From: an uncultured Gammaproteobacteria bacterium
Lineage (GTDB): Bacteria > Patescibacteriota > Patescibacteriia > Patescibacteriales > JAGXOH01
Assembly (NCBI GenBank): GCA_964635515.1
Contig: CAZWNU010000002.1
Coordinates: forward strand, 1 to 64,000
Length of the DNA stretch: 64,000 nucleotides
Direction of reading: 5' to 3'
Shown here: in pieces, positions 37,601 through 46,612 of the stretch
How positions within the stretch are numbered: position 1 is the first letter of the stretch
Layout of the letters: each line of letters opens with the position of its first letter
Notes under the pieces: model-generated
Told to the model about the DNA's origin: nothing
The model's input: only the letters and a program-made list of their open reading frames with translations
Databases searched by the model: none
Made by a program: the position numbers and the translations under genes

Positions 37601-38244
37601 AAAAACTGGGTTACAAGGTGGCCACACCCGCTCTGAACGGTGTTCCGGAAGAAAAGATCAAGGAAGAATTGAAAAGAGCCGGCTTACCTGAAGACGGCAA
37701 AGTGAAGCTGTATGACGGAAAATCAGGACGAGAGTATGATAACAAGGTGGTGGTTGGTTGTAAGTATATGTTGAAACTGAATCATATGGTGGAAGACAAG
37801 ATGCATCAGAGGTCGATCGGCCCTTATTCCTTAATTACCCAACAGCCTTTGGGCGGAAAGGCCCAATTTGGAGGCCAGAGGTTCGGAGAGATGGAAGTTT
37901 GGGCTTTGGAAGGCTATGGAGCTTCCCATACACTCCAGGAGATATTGACCATCAAATCCGATGATGTTCCGGGAAGAAGCAGTGCTTATGAGTCTATTAT
38001 CAAAGGGGAGGAAATAACCAAATTGAATGTTCCTGAATCCTTTAACGTTTTGACCAGAGAATTGAAGGGTCTGGGTATGAGTGTTGAGCTTTTGGGCGGC
38101 AGAGATGAGATCGGAGATGATAATCCAAAAGGTAACCCCGGGACCGAGGATGAGGCGGTCTCCAATGACAAAGATGATAAGAAGGAGCTTTCGGAGCAGG
38201 GGGAGGAAAACGAGAAGGATGAATTAACACCTCAAGAGGATTAG
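34681..38244 (+). CDS. rpoB: DNA-directed RNA polymerase beta subunit
   Basis: It is 1187 aa with '[26 protein letters not shown]', '[12 protein letters not shown]' and '[20 protein letters not shown]'. Confidence 0.98.
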   Translation: [1187 protein letters not shown]

Positions 38245-38271
38245 TATAATTTTTTAACTTAATATATTTTT

Positions 38272-41200
38272 ATGATTAATCCAATAAAAACAACCGACTT
38301 TGATGCCATTAGGTTAAAGTTGGCCTCTCCGGAAGAAATCCTTTCTTGGTCTTACGGAGAAATAACTAAGCCTGAAACCATAAATTACAGGACTCAGAAG
38401 CCGGAAAAGGACGGATTGTTTTGTGAAAAAATATTTGGACCCACCAAGGATTGGCAATGCTATTGCGGTAAATACAAGAAAATTCGTTACAAGGGGATTG
38501 TCTGCGATAAATGCGGTGTCGAGGTAACTCGGAGTGTGGTCAGGCGGGAACGAATGGGCCATATAATTTTACAGACTCCATGTTCCCATATTTGGTTTTT
38601 GCGAGGCCTTTCTTCCAAGCTCGGTTTATTACTGGACCTGGGCATGCATTCCTTGGAGAGAGTGATCTATTTTGCCAGTTTTATAGTAACCGAGGTGGAT
38701 GAAGAGCTGAGACAGGCTACCATAGAGCAGATTAAAAACGAGTTTAAGGAAAAGAAAAAGGCTATAAACAAAAAATATAACAATGAGATCAAGAAGGTTA
38801 AAAGTGGCAAGGCTCAAGATGGAGCAGAAGAAGAGGGAGGAAAATCAAAGACCACAGAAATTCAGAAGCAAGTTGACGAACTCAATGATACTAAGCTTAA
38901 AAAAATAGAAGAGTTGCAAGCCGACTTTAACGAGTCCCTGAAAGAACTAAAGGAATTAAAACCGATGTTGGTTATCTCAGAAGAGGTTTATCAAAATCTC
39001 AGTTTAAAATACGGACATATCTTTGATGCCGGTATCGGGGGAGGAGCTATTCGAGACATTTTGGAAAAAATCGATCTCAAAGATAATATTAAAAAATTGG
39101 AGGAACAATTGGAAAACGCCATTGATTCCAAGCGAGAAAAGATCTTAAAGAGATTACGACTTTTTAAAAGTCTATACAATCACGGGATCAAGCCGGAATG
39201 GATGATCATGACCCATGTTCCGGTTATTCCTCCGGATCTAAGGCCCATGGTAGCTCTGGATGGAGGTCGTTTCGCCGCTAGTGATCTGAATGATTTGTAT
39301 AGAAGGGTTATTAATAGAAATAATCGTTTAAGGCAATTGATCGAACTCAACGCTCCGGAGGTGATCTGTCGAAACGAAAAAAGAATGCTTCAAGAGGCGG
39401 TTGATGCCCTAATAGATAACTCCGCTCGGCAAAGCAAGACCGTGGTCGCTTCTACCGGTCAAAAAAGACAACTCAAATCTTTGGCCGACTCTTTAAAGGG
39501 TAAACAGGGTAGGTTTAGGCAAAACCTTTTAGGGAAGAGGACCGATTATTCCGGTCGAAGCGTTATTGTGGTTAATCCCAAGTTGAACTTGGATCAATGC
39601 GGTTTGCCTAAAACTATGGCCTTGGAACTTTTTAAGCCCTTTGTGATCAGTAAATTGATCAAAAACGAAGTGGTTCATAATGTTAAAAGCGCTTCCCGTT
39701 TTATTGAGAGCGGAGCGGATGTGGTCTGGGACATGCTGGAGGAAGTAGTGAGTGATTCCTACGTCCTTTTAAATCGGGCGCCCACTCTGCATAGATTGGG
39801 TATTCAAGCCTTTAAACCGATTTTGATCGAGGGTAAGGCCATTCAGATCCATCCCTTGGTCTGCCCGGCTTTTAATGCCGACTTTGATGGAGACCAAATG
39901 GCTGTGCATGTGCCTTTGACTAAAGAGGCCAAGGATGAGGCTAAGAACATAATCCTTTCTTCCCGCAACCTCTTAAAACCTGCCACCGGAGACCCGATAG
40001 TGGCTCCCAATCAGGATGTGGTTTGGGGAGCCTATTATGTAACCAATGTTAAGGAAGGAGATGAAAAAAAAGAGGATAAGGATTTAAAATTCTTTTCCGA
40101 CTCTTATGAGGCCAGGTTGGCCTATGAAGACGGTCATATCAATATTAATGAGTTAATAAGGGTCAGGATTCCGGATCAAGGTCTTTTAAGAACCACCATC
40201 GGCAGAGTCATTTTTAACGAGATCCTGCCGGAGAAGTTGAGGTTCATTAATAGAGTGGTTAAAAAAGGCAGTTTAAAAACATTGATCAGAGATTGCTTAC
40301 GTCTTTATGAAGAGGAGGAGACCGTTAAGTTTATTGACAACCTAAAGAATAAAACCTTTGAAATAATGACCAGGAGTGGCTGGTCTTTCGGTATCGGGGA
40401 TATGATATATTTCGAAGAAAAGGATCAACTGATTAAAGAGACCAGTCTTCAGGTAGAAGAGGTGGAAGAGCAATTTGAAGAAGGCTTATTAACCGATAGT
40501 GAAAGATCAGGTAAGATTATTGAATTGTGGAGCAATACCAAAGAAAAAATTACTGATATTTGCCAAAAGGGATTGTCTCATGAGGGTCCTGTTTATTCCA
40601 TGATTGACTCCGGTGCCAGAGGTAGCTGGGGTCAGCTTACTCAGATTTTGGGAATGAAGGGTCTGGTGATTTCTCCGGCAGGAGATATTATTGAATTACC
40701 GGTTAAGGGAAATTTTAAGGAGGGCTTTGGCGTTTTAGAATATTTTATTTCTACTCACGGAGTTCGGAAAGGTTTATCCGATACCGCTCTTCGTACCGCT
40801 AATGCCGGTTACTTGACTCGTCGTTTAGTCGATGTTTCCCAAGACGTCATTGTCAGTGATGATGATTGTGGTGATACCGAGGGTATATTCATTACCAGGC
40901 AGGAAACCGAAGAAGTGGGAGATGATTTTTACAAAAGAATAATCGGAAGATATTTGGCTCAAGACTTGAAAAACAGTAAGAACAAGGTCTTGGCTAAGAA
41001 AGGAGAGGTCATTGAAGGAAGGATGATGGAGGAGTGGCAATCCCAAGGAGAGGAGATAAATGAGGCTGTTATTAGATCTGTCTTGAGTTGTCAGGTTTCC
41101 AGAGGGGTTTGTTCCAAGTGTTATGGTTATGATCTGGGGAATAATAAACCGGTTCAAATCGGAACAGCTGTAGGAATTGTGGCTGCTCAATCTATTGGGG

Positions 41201-42237
41201 AGCCTGGAACCCAGCTTACCATGAGAACTTTCCACACCGGTGGTGTGGCCGGTCAAGAAGATATCACCCAAGGTCTGCCCAGGGTAGAAGAGATCTTTGA
41301 AGCCAAACCGCCCAAGAAAAAAGCTATTCTGGCTGAGGTTGAGGGTAAAGTTAAGATAGAAACCGGCAAGAAGATTATTAAGGATGAAGCGGGTAAGGAG
41401 GTGATGGTGGATAATCCTCAGACCAAAGTTCTAAAAATAGCTTTTAAAGGCAAAGATTCGGATAAATATTTTTTCTCTGACGCAGTAGAGAAGGTTAAGC
41501 TAAAAAGCTCTGGAGAGCCCAAGGAGTCCGAGTTAAAAGTGAAGGTCTTGGTAAAAGATGGAGATCAGGTAGTCAAGGGTTCGGAGTTGTTTTCAGTGGG
41601 AAAGACCAAGGTCAAGGCTAAAAAGGCCGGGGTGGTGAAACTTCAAGAAAAGTTTGTAAAAGTGGAGAGCGAGACCAAGAAAGAGGAGGAGATAACTGTT
41701 ATGAAGGGAACCGATATTTTGGTCAATGATGGAGACAAGATAACAGTGGGTCAGAAGTTGACTGAAGGTAGCTTCGATCTTTATCAGTTGTATAAATTAA
41801 GGGATAAGATGGAGGTCCAAAAGTATATCCTCAAGGAGATTCAATATGTTTATTTTTCTCAAGGTCAACCTCTTAATGATAAGCATGTTGAAATCATTGC
41901 CAGACAGATGTTTTCCAGGTATTTAGTGGGCGATCCCGGTGAGACCGACCTTTTGCCAGGAGAGGTAGTTGAGCAATCGGTTTTAGATAGGGCCAACAGG
42001 AAGGTGAAAAAGAAGGCTCAGGCCAGTCAGTTGTTGTCTGGAATAACCAAAGCCTCCTTGACCACAGATAGTTTCTTGTCAGCCGCTTCTTTTCAGGAAA
42101 CAGCTAGAGTTTTGGTGGATGCTTCCTTAAGCGGGAAGATAGATTATTTGGAAGGTCTGAAAGAGAATGTGATTATCGGATGTTTGATTCCCGCCGGTAG
42201 CGGCTACAAAGGAAAAAAGAAAAGAGTGAAATATTAG
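38272..42237 (+). CDS. rpoC: DNA-directed RNA polymerase beta' subunit
   Basis: It is 1321 aa with Zn-binding 'CYCGKYKKIRYKGIVCDKCG' and the catalytic 'NADFDGDQMAVH'. Confidence 0.98.
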   Translation: MINPIKTTDFDAIRLKLASPEEILSWSYGEITKPETINYRTQKPEKDGLFCEKIFGPTKDWQCYCGKYKKIRYKGIVCDKCGVEVTRSVVRRERMGHIILQTPCSHIWFLRGLSSKLGLLLDLGMHSLERVIYFASFIVTEVDEELRQATIEQIKNEFKEKKKAINKKYNNEIKKVKSGKAQDGAEEEGGKSKTTEIQKQVDELNDTKLKKIEELQADFNESLKELKELKPMLVISEEVYQNLSLKYGHIFDAGIGGGAIRDILEKIDLKDNIKKLEEQLENAIDSKREKILKRLRLFKSLYNHGIKPEWMIMTHVPVIPPDLRPMVALDGGRFAASDLNDLYRRVINRNNRLRQLIELNAPEVICRNEKRMLQEAVDALIDNSARQSKTVVASTGQKRQLKSLADSLKGKQGRFRQNLLGKRTDYSGRSVIVVNPKLNLDQCGLPKTMALELFKPFVISKLIKNEVVHNVKSASRFIESGADVVWDMLEEVVSDSYVLLNRAPTLHRLGIQAFKPILIEGKAIQIHPLVCPAFNADFDGDQMAVHVPLTKEAKDEAKNIILSSRNLLKPATGDPIVAPNQDVVWGAYYVTNVKEGDEKKEDKDLKFFSDSYEARLAYEDGHININELIRVRIPDQGLLRTTIGRVIFNEILPEKLRFINRVVKKGSLKTLIRDCLRLYEEEETVKFIDNLKNKTFEIMTRSGWSFGIGDMIYFEEKDQLIKETSLQVEEVEEQFEEGLLTDSERSGKIIELWSNTKEKITDICQKGLSHEGPVYSMIDSGARGSWGQLTQILGMKGLVISPAGDIIELPVKGNFKEGFGVLEYFISTHGVRKGLSDTALRTANAGYLTRRLVDVSQDVIVSDDDCGDTEGIFITRQETEEVGDDFYKRIIGRYLAQDLKNSKNKVLAKKGEVIEGRMMEEWQSQGEEINEAVIRSVLSCQVSRGVCSKCYGYDLGNNKPVQIGTAVGIVAAQSIGEPGTQLTMRTFHTGGVAGQEDITQGLPRVEEIFEAKPPKKKAILAEVEGKVKIETGKKIIKDEAGKEVMVDNPQTKVLKIAFKGKDSDKYFFSDAVEKVKLKSSGEPKESELKVKVLVKDGDQVVKGSELFSVGKTKVKAKKAGVVKLQEKFVKVESETKKEEEITVMKGTDILVNDGDKITVGQKLTEGSFDLYQLYKLRDKMEVQKYILKEIQYVYFSQGQPLNDKHVEIIARQMFSRYLVGDPGETDLLPGEVVEQSVLDRANRKVKKKAQASQLLSGITKASLTTDSFLSAASFQETARVLVDASLSGKIDYLEGLKENVIIGCLIPAGSGYKGKKKRVKY

Positions 42238-42256
42238 GGAGCTTCTTAGTTAAAAA

Positions 42257-42282
42257 CCCCGCTTTAAAAAGCGGGGTTTTTA
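42257..42282. terminator. Bidirectional rho-independent terminator between rpoC and the convergent small membrane gene
   Basis: The sequence is AAAAA-CCCCGCTT-taaa-AAGCGGGG-TTTTTAT. Confidence 0.85.
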
Positions 42283-42316
42283 TGTTTTTTTAAGACCTGA
42301 GACCGGATCTGTGGTT

Positions 42317-42643
42317 CTAGCCTTGATCTTTTTCTTGGTTCTCCTGATCCTTTTTGTCTTTGTTGTTGTCTCTATTCCTTTTTCGGTTGATCCAGTTATA
42401 GAACACGCCTAAGAGATAGAGTATGGCGAAACCTTCGATAAAACCCCAAAAAAGACCAACAAAGCTACCCAACCAGCTTATATCATATCCGGGATAGCTG
42501 GCGGATATCATCTCCAGAAAGTCTGTTGCGTAACCCGTAGACAGGGCGATCAAGGTCAGCAAGAACAAGGACATTCCCCAGATAATTCCTCCGGACAGAC
42601 CCAGATTTTTGGGATCTAAGATGTCTTTTCTACTTTCTTTCAT
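42317..42643 (-). CDS. Small integral membrane protein with a Lys/Asp/Asn-rich tail (hypothetical)
   Basis: It is 108 aa with two or three hydrophobic helices ('GGIIWGMSLFLLTLIAL', 'WLGSFVGLFWGFIEGFAILYLLGVF') and a charged C-terminus. Confidence 0.6.
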   Translation of the reverse strand: MKESRKDILDPKNLGLSGGIIWGMSLFLLTLIALSTGYATDFLEMISASYPGYDISWLGSFVGLFWGFIEGFAILYLLGVFYNWINRKRNRDNNKDKKDQENQEKDQG

Positions 42644-42724
42644 TTCCTAAAATTTGAATTAATTTAAATTAGTTTTTATAATGAAAAGGCACTGTTTTAA
42701 TTATTTTATCATTATTAAGAATAA

Positions 42725-44131
42725 ATGTTAAATTCAGTAACTAAAATCAGACTTATTCTGGGCTCAGGCCTGTTCGGAGTGGTGTTTTTTCTTTTGTGGC
42801 AGGGAGTGGTTCCTCTAGGAGAGATCACTTACTCTAGTGATTTGAAGGATGGTAATGATTTTATAGGCAAATTGGATCCGGATACCAGAATAGAGGACGG
42901 AGGGAGGAGGATTATAGGCGACCCTGTCTATTTTTCCCTTCGCACCCCCAGGAGCTTTCAATCAGTGGAATTGGAAATTCTTTATAGAAATGAGGATTTT
43001 CCATTACTGGAAGCGGGAATGCTGATTGATGGTGATAGGTGGCGTTATCAGACCCAGCCTTTGGAAAACCGGATTATTGATGAATTGCTTGAGGATTGGC
43101 ATGTTTTAAAAGAAAACGGTCTGTTGTTACTGCAGAAGCAACAGGGTTTTCAATCCAAGGATGACTTTTTGAATAATCTACCCGATTTCAGTGAAATAGC
43201 TGTTTATAACTATAATCTGGACAGGGAGTTTATTTTGCCTGACTATAAAGCAACTTCAAGTTCGCAGACCATCGATCTTGACTTTAGGGGTTCGTATGAG
43301 TTTTATACCTACATTAAGGAGGAGGATCTGGAGTTCGAGTTTCAGGTTCAAGATAAGAACGAGAACGAAGGCCCTTCTCCGATAAATATAAATCTTTTTT
43401 TTCAGGGAAAATTGATTGATAACGAATATTTGCCGGATGACGGAGTGGTTGAAGCTATTGGTGAAAAAACACCTCCTCGAAGAGTAAGTTTAAAGACTGA
43501 AGATCTGCCCGAGGGTGTGTATAAGATCGAGCTTAAAGCCAATGATGATATAATTACCAGGCAGATAAGCACCAGTCAACAGAAATTGTCTTTTGCCAAT
43601 CAGGTCCGTTTGGCAGAAGAAGCGCGATCTCATGAATTTTATGTAACAGGAAGGGAATTGAGCGCTCAAGTAAGCAACCCGGCTTATAGGCAGGCCTTGG
43701 TTTTAGATTCTGAGGAACTCCCCCTGACCCAGGCCTATAAGAGGTTTATTACCAAGCTGGATTGCCATCCCTGTTTTTTGGATACAGAGTCGGGCGGACT
43801 TATCCTGTCCTCGGATGGAGTTTTTAGTTTAAGCCAGGAAGCCCTTATTGACCCTTCGATCAATAGAGTGGACGCCAATCTGGATGTTGAAAGAGAGGGT
43901 ATAGAGTATATCTTAGCTGAATATACCCCTCCGGAGAAAAAAGGTGATTACCGATTGGCACGGGCTCGTTTTGATCTTAGCTCCGCTTACAAGGAAGATG
44001 GTGAATATGGTCTGATGCTTTCTGTTCCCGGCCTAAGAGCTGAGGACGATTCCGGTCAGTATATTGAACTGGAAGAGATAAGAGTTAATTTAAAAGGAAG
44101 AAATTTATGGCAGAAACTTTTTCAGCCTTAG
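42725..44131 (+). CDS. Hypothetical membrane-anchored extracytoplasmic protein (468 aa)
   Basis: It is a long ORF with an N-terminal TM 'IRLILGSGLFGVVFFLLWQGVV'. I recognise no family motif. Confidence 0.7.
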   Translation: MLNSVTKIRLILGSGLFGVVFFLLWQGVVPLGEITYSSDLKDGNDFIGKLDPDTRIEDGGRRIIGDPVYFSLRTPRSFQSVELEILYRNEDFPLLEAGMLIDGDRWRYQTQPLENRIIDELLEDWHVLKENGLLLLQKQQGFQSKDDFLNNLPDFSEIAVYNYNLDREFILPDYKATSSSQTIDLDFRGSYEFYTYIKEEDLEFEFQVQDKNENEGPSPININLFFQGKLIDNEYLPDDGVVEAIGEKTPPRRVSLKTEDLPEGVYKIELKANDDIITRQISTSQQKLSFANQVRLAEEARSHEFYVTGRELSAQVSNPAYRQALVLDSEELPLTQAYKRFITKLDCHPCFLDTESGGLILSSDGVFSLSQEALIDPSINRVDANLDVEREGIEYILAEYTPPEKKGDYRLARARFDLSSAYKEDGEYGLMLSVPGLRAEDDSGQYIELEEIRVNLKGRNLWQKLFQP

Positions 44132-44142
44132 TTTAAAATAGA

Positions 44143-44319
44143 ATGACCAAATATATTTTTTTACGAGAATCTTTTTATGTTCTTAGCCTTGCTTTGCTGA
44201 TTTTAGCTTTGCTGGAATTGACTTGGCCCAGGCTGGTTTTAGCTTATATCAACCTTAATTGGATATTGCTTGTTTGGTTTTTTGTTGGTATAGTTATATT
44301 AGTTACCAAGCCTGAATGA
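44143..44319 (+). CDS. Unlisted 58-aa two-TM micro-protein (below the ORF-track cutoff)
   Basis: An ATG at 44143 lies 9 nt after the upstream stop. The translation is MTKYIFLRESFYVLSLALLILALLELTWPRLVLAYINLNWILLVWFFVGIVILVTKPE*, with a TGA at 44317-19. Confidence 0.45.
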   Translation: MTKYIFLRESFYVLSLALLILALLELTWPRLVLAYINLNWILLVWFFVGIVILVTKPE

Positions 44320-44476
44320 GCGACTCGGGTTGCAGTTTTGGAGATGCGGCCACTGTATTTCGATCTGTTCCATCTCACTTTAGAGCCTTAAAGTCAATAT
44401 ATTTTCAGCATTTTTCAGTTTTAATTAAGGAGCTGTTTTCAAATTGATCTTTTGTGGTAATTTTTTCATTTAATCT

Positions 44477-46543
44477 ATGATTATGGGTTTAAAAGAGTTG
44501 TTGCGACCCGAATCCGTGGCCATAATCGGGGCTTCCGGAAAAAAAGAAAAATTGGGTTGGCAAATTTTAAATAATATCCAAAAGGAGGGGTTTTCAGGTA
44601 AAATATACCCGGTTAACCCGGAGCGATCCAGGATAAACGGTCTAAAAACTTTCCAAAGCGTGGTCGATATTGAGGACGAGACGGTGGACTTGGCTGTAAT
44701 AGTCATTCCGGCTCGATTGGTTCTTTCCTCTGTAAAATCCTGTATTCAGAAAGGAATAACAAACATTATTATCATAAGCGCCGGTTTTTCCGAAGCCGGA
44801 TCGTCTGGTAAAAAAAGGGAGAGAGAGCTCCAGGACCTAGCTGCAGAACACAAGCTTAATATTCTGGGTCCCAATTGTTTGGGGATCATAAATTCCGAGA
44901 TAGACCTTAACGCCACTTTTGCCGATTTTTCTTCTAAGGAGTCAGGTGGTACTGGTTTGGCTTTTTTGTCCCAATCCGGAGCGGTAGGCAGCGCTTTCCT
45001 AGATTGGAGCCGAAAAGAAGGTCTGGGAGTTGATTATTTTGTCAGCCTGGGCAATAAGGCGGTATTGGAGGAGAGCGATTTTTTCTCTTATTTCAGTTCT
45101 GAGGGGCAGATCACAGCTGTAGCCGCTTACTTGGAGGAAATATCTCAGGGTAAAAAATTCATGGCAGAAGTGTCTAAGTTGGCCCAGGTTAAACCGGTCG
45201 TAATCTTGAAATCAGGAAGGACCAAGGCCGGTCAAGTCGCCACTATGTCCCATACCGGCAGTTTGGCAGGCTCGGAGAAGGCCGTGGAGACCGGTTTAGC
45301 CAGAAGTGGAGCCATAATAGTAGATAACCTGGAGGAGCTTTTCTATATGATCAAGTTTTTGCAGGTCAGGCAGAGTAAAAAGATAGAGAAAAGTGGGACT
45401 AATGACAAGAACATCTACCTTCTTTCCAATGCCGGCGGCCCTATGGTAGTAGCAGTGGACGATCTGGCCAGGTCAGGCCTTAATCTACCCACTTTTCCTA
45501 AGGAATTAAAGACCGATTTAGAAAAAAATCTGCCTGAGTTGACCTCTTATCAAAATCCTTTGGATGTCTTGGGAGATGCTCCGGCTATCAGATATGAAAA
45601 AGCTTTGCAAGCTTTGCTGGAAAAGGGTGAATCCTCCTATATCCTACTGCTTTTAACCCCCCAAAGTTCGACTGAAATAGATTTGACCGTTGAAAAGATC
45701 AAGAAAGCGGCTGACCAAGATCCGAACAAAATGATTATAAGCAGTTTCTTGGGAGGAAGTTATGTCCAAAAGGCCAAGGAGTCTTTTAAACAGGTTGGTC
45801 TTTTGGAATTCGATTACCCCAATCAAGCCATAACTTGTTTATCCAAATACCTGGACTATCAAGAAAGAATCAAGTCTTGGCGTGTTTACAATTTCTCCGG
45901 TCCGGAAAAAAGAGTTTCAGGAGCTGTTAAGCATCATGATTTTTTGGAAAGCTTAAAACTCTTGGCTAAGTATGATATTCCCACCCTGGAGACGAAGCTC
46001 ATAAAGGGGTTGGAAGATTTGAGAGACTTAGAGTTTCCGATTGTTTTAAAAATGGCAGGTGAACAGATAGTTCATAAAACCGAAAAGAAAGCTTTGGCAC
46101 TGGGTCTGGACAATTTTGATCAGGCTAAAGAGAGTTTTGAAAAACTGCAAAAAAACTTTCCTAACGCTTATTGTCTGGCTCAAAAACTCAGCTCCGGCCA
46201 AGAGATGATCCTGGGTTTTAAACGAGATAGTTCTTTCGGACCCATTATTATGGTTGGCTGGGGAGGTGTTTATACCGAGTTGTTAAAAGATATTCAAACC
46301 GAGGCTGATGATGTTTGCCCGAGAAGGGCCAGGCAGGCGATAAAAAAATTAAAACTTTATCCTGTTTTAAAGGGTTTTAGACAGGGGCAAAAATACGACT
46401 TGGATAGCTTGGTCAAAGCTATGGTTAATTTGGGACGTTTGGCCCGAGAAAACCCCTTGATTCAAGAGCTGGACATCAATCCTCTGTTCGTTCGAGCTAA
46501 GGGGTGTTCAGCAGTTGATGTTAGAATAATTTCCCGGGAATAG
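44477..46543 (+). CDS. ADP-forming acetyl-CoA synthetase (acetate--CoA ligase, fused alpha/beta)
   Basis: It has an N-terminal CoA-binding 'PESVAIIGASGKKEKLGWQILNN...IYPVNP', a succinyl-CoA-synthetase-like middle with 'MSHTGSLAGS', and a C-terminal ATP-grasp. It is 688 aa. Confidence 0.88.
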   Translation: MIMGLKELLRPESVAIIGASGKKEKLGWQILNNIQKEGFSGKIYPVNPERSRINGLKTFQSVVDIEDETVDLAVIVIPARLVLSSVKSCIQKGITNIIIISAGFSEAGSSGKKRERELQDLAAEHKLNILGPNCLGIINSEIDLNATFADFSSKESGGTGLAFLSQSGAVGSAFLDWSRKEGLGVDYFVSLGNKAVLEESDFFSYFSSEGQITAVAAYLEEISQGKKFMAEVSKLAQVKPVVILKSGRTKAGQVATMSHTGSLAGSEKAVETGLARSGAIIVDNLEELFYMIKFLQVRQSKKIEKSGTNDKNIYLLSNAGGPMVVAVDDLARSGLNLPTFPKELKTDLEKNLPELTSYQNPLDVLGDAPAIRYEKALQALLEKGESSYILLLLTPQSSTEIDLTVEKIKKAADQDPNKMIISSFLGGSYVQKAKESFKQVGLLEFDYPNQAITCLSKYLDYQERIKSWRVYNFSGPEKRVSGAVKHHDFLESLKLLAKYDIPTLETKLIKGLEDLRDLEFPIVLKMAGEQIVHKTEKKALALGLDNFDQAKESFEKLQKNFPNAYCLAQKLSSGQEMILGFKRDSSFGPIIMVGWGGVYTELLKDIQTEADDVCPRRARQAIKKLKLYPVLKGFRQGQKYDLDSLVKAMVNLGRLARENPLIQELDINPLFVRAKGCSAVDVRIISRE

Positions 46544-46612
46544 TATATTAAACTCGGAACAACTGGCGCTGGAGAGCCTTGTTTTGGTTTTAAATAAAGG
46601 AGTGAAATCTTT

